The notes beneath the pieces were generated by a model. That model searched no databases. It saw nothing but the letters and a program-made list of their open reading frames with translations, and had not been told where the DNA came from. This document shows positions 17,039 through 18,792 of a DNA stretch of 18,792 nucleotides, piece after piece (position 1 is the stretch's first letter; every line of letters begins with the position of its first letter). Source of the DNA: an uncultured archaeon (GTDB lineage Archaea > Asgardarchaeota > Thorarchaeia > Thorarchaeales > Thorarchaeaceae); NCBI GenBank assembly GCA_964610875.1, contig CAZSWP010000057.1:1-18792 (forward strand). The letters are read 5' to 3'. The position numbers were made by a program, and so were the translations under genes.

Positions 17039-17287
17039 ATTGTGTATTAAGAATCAACTTATAGATTAGAAGACTACTAAGTTATGTTGTCATCATTGGC
17101 GTGATATCGATGCTAATGACATTGTTAGTTGGAATATAGGTATTTCTTTATTCAGTGTTCCAAATGGATACAAGTTGCCAGATATAAGATAAGTAGTAAT
17201 CCTCCTATTCGACCGCAACTTGATTCTCATGTTTAGGTATATTAGTAGATAATCTCTAATAATTGGTAAAAAATTGGTAGTTATTTC

Positions 17288-18409
17288 ATGGCAGAAAAAG
17301 AAAATATTGTTGGCAAACATACCAAACTTAGGAAATTAGTGATTTTATTGGCGATTATCGGTATGATCTTTATAGGAACACTTGGAATTAGGTATAACTA
17401 TTTCAGTAATCGACTCGGTGAATCATACCAACCAGAAGCATATGATGTGGTCGGTGTATCATTATTAGTTCCTAATGGGTGTCGATTGGAATGGCACCCT
17501 GATGGGGAGTCGATCATATATGATATGATAGATGAAGATATGGGAATCGTTGAAAAAGAACCAGTATTCAATATTTTCAGTTATAATCTTACTACCGGTA
17601 CATCAACTCGATTAATTCCCACAAATATTAGCGAGCTTCCCCGAAATCGAGGTAATCCTGCATTATCACCAGATGGCGACTGGCTTGTCTTCCAAGGCGA
17701 GTATGCAGACCATAATGGTTATCGCATTTGGGCGGACCCTGGTAAAGGGAAATTCAATAATATCTGGATAATGAATATTTCTTCGGCGGAATTATTCCAA
17801 ATAACTGAGTATGCAGATAAATTAGGGGCTCTTCATCCACATTTTGATAAGTCCGGGGCGCGACTAACATGGACTCACCTTTATTCAGAGGCAGGAATTA
17901 CTGGATCTTGGAAAATAATGCTTGCCGATTTTTCAGTTGTAGATAACGTTCCGACTTTATCAAATATAGTTTCATTGAAACCTGGTGCTGACCTTGATGA
18001 TAACAAAATATTCTATGAAACTCATGGTTTTTCTCCTGATGGTTCCAAACTAATCTTTACATCAGATATAACAACAGGAGCAATGGGATTGAGTGAAATT
18101 TTTACCTATGATCTCAACACGGAAGAACTAGTACAACTCACCCAATCAATTGATTGTCATGATGAACATGCAATGTATAGCCCGGATGGTAAAAAAATAT
18201 CATGGATCTCGAATATGCAAGCCCAATTTCGGTGGGGACACACAGATCTATTCATTATGGATAGTGATGGAAATAATCAAAAATTGTTGGTGGAATCCCC
18301 AAATCAAGTTATTGCTGACAATTCTTGGTGTCCCGATGGTAGTAAGCTTGCATTTTACGATCTAAGAGGTAGAATAACAGGGATTTATCTTGTGACCTTT
18401 AATTTCTAA
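17288..18409 (+). CDS. Membrane-anchored TolB-like (PD40 repeat) beta-propeller protein
   Basis: N-terminal basic + hydrophobic anchor; six repeats: WHPDGESIIY, LSPDGDWLVF, FDKSGARLTW, FSPDGSKLIF, YSPDGKKISW and WCPDGSKLAF. Confidence 0.9.
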   Translation: MAEKENIVGKHTKLRKLVILLAIIGMIFIGTLGIRYNYFSNRLGESYQPEAYDVVGVSLLVPNGCRLEWHPDGESIIYDMIDEDMGIVEKEPVFNIFSYNLTTGTSTRLIPTNISELPRNRGNPALSPDGDWLVFQGEYADHNGYRIWADPGKGKFNNIWIMNISSAELFQITEYADKLGALHPHFDKSGARLTWTHLYSEAGITGSWKIMLADFSVVDNVPTLSNIVSLKPGADLDDNKIFYETHGFSPDGSKLIFTSDITTGAMGLSEIFTYDLNTEELVQLTQSIDCHDEHAMYSPDGKKISWISNMQAQFRWGHTDLFIMDSDGNNQKLLVESPNQVIADNSWCPDGSKLAFYDLRGRITGIYLVTFNF

Positions 18410-18577
18410 AATCATTTTATGAAAAGCTTTGAAAAGTTGTATCAAAAGAGTCGTGATGGACCGCATCATGATGCGTAGTTTACCATTAAATACGCAAAGA
18501 AGTTGCTAATTCCACTTGAAATCTAGATGACTAAATCAAAATCCACATCGAACATATCTTCATGCATAGTATAGTTT

Positions 18578-18618
18578 GAATAAGAAATAGAGTGCAAGTC
18601 TGGGGGATGCCCCCCAGA
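18578..18618 (-). terminator. Stem-loop plus pyrimidine tract downstream of the terminal partial CDS
   Basis: Perfect 8-bp inverted repeat TCTGGGGG-ATGC-CCCCCAGA (18599-18618), 14 nt past the TAG, followed on the minus strand by CTTGCACTCTATTTCTTATTC. Confidence 0.65.
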
Positions 18619-18632
18619 ACTCGAAAAATGAA

Positions 18633-18752
18633 CTAGTCTTGATAACCTTTCATGTAGCCTTCACGCTGCTTCCACTTCTCTTCGAGGCGCTGCATAATGG
18701 TCCACATTCGGTAGGTGTAGTTCCAAGCATCATCGAACTTGCCTTGGTTTAA
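18633..18752 (-). CDS. C-terminal fragment of an unidentified protein at the window edge
   Basis: LNQGKFDDAWNYTYRMWTIMQRLEEKWKQREGYMKGYQD* followed by a terminator-like hairpin. The upstream frame is unclear (TGA at 18788-18786). Confidence 0.5.
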   Translation of the reverse strand, partial: LNQGKFDDAWNYTYRMWTIMQRLEEKWKQREGYMKGYQD

Positions 18753-18792
18753 TGGTCTCGGCGCTGCTGATGGCGCTGGTGGCGATCATCTA

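Noticed and set aside
18520-18790. Selenoprotein hypothesis: in-frame TGA at 18788-18786 with a downstream SECIS
   Set aside because: The residues after the TGA (SPPAPSAAPRP) are not Sec-motif-like and lie in the suspect high-GC tail. The one AUGA...GA candidate I examined downstream lacks a good stem and an apical AA.
1-18792. CRISPR array, rRNA, IS/transposase, integrase
   Set aside because: No regularly spaced direct repeats, rRNA signatures or mobility-gene motifs were seen by eye.

Overview
Archaeal DNA, most likely from an Asgard archaeon (Thorarchaeia-like; inferred from protein style, not proven). The left half (1-~11.7 kb) is densely coding. A minus-strand run reads: membrane-anchored HhH/DUF4332-like protein -> Ard1/Naa10-type N-terminal acetyltransferase -> DUF89/ARMT1-like phosphatase -> thermosome -> RNA polymerase Rpo6 (RpoK) with an unusual N-terminal helix-hairpin-helix domain -> MgtC/DUF4010 membrane protein (cut off by the window edge). 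Also present are a divergent AK6/Fap7-type adenylate kinase, an orphan amino-DNA methyltransferase, an SPFH + double zinc ribbon protein and an armless RNase Z-like MBL hydrolase. The right half (~11.7-18.8 kb) is loosely packed and partly decayed. It holds a PIG-V-like GT-C mannosyltransferase, a chimeric pseudogene (DppB-like permease start joined to a frameshifted COG1237 hydrolase end), a DUF4332 remnant and a TolB-like propeller. The best candidate for an undescribed system is a compact divergon. A winged-helix regulator with a C-terminal TRASH metal-binding domain faces an unannotated 39-aa ORF, across two GTGTAA-N3-TTACAC operators 40 bp apart and back-to-back TATA boxes. I saw no tRNA, rRNA, CRISPR array or intact mobile element.
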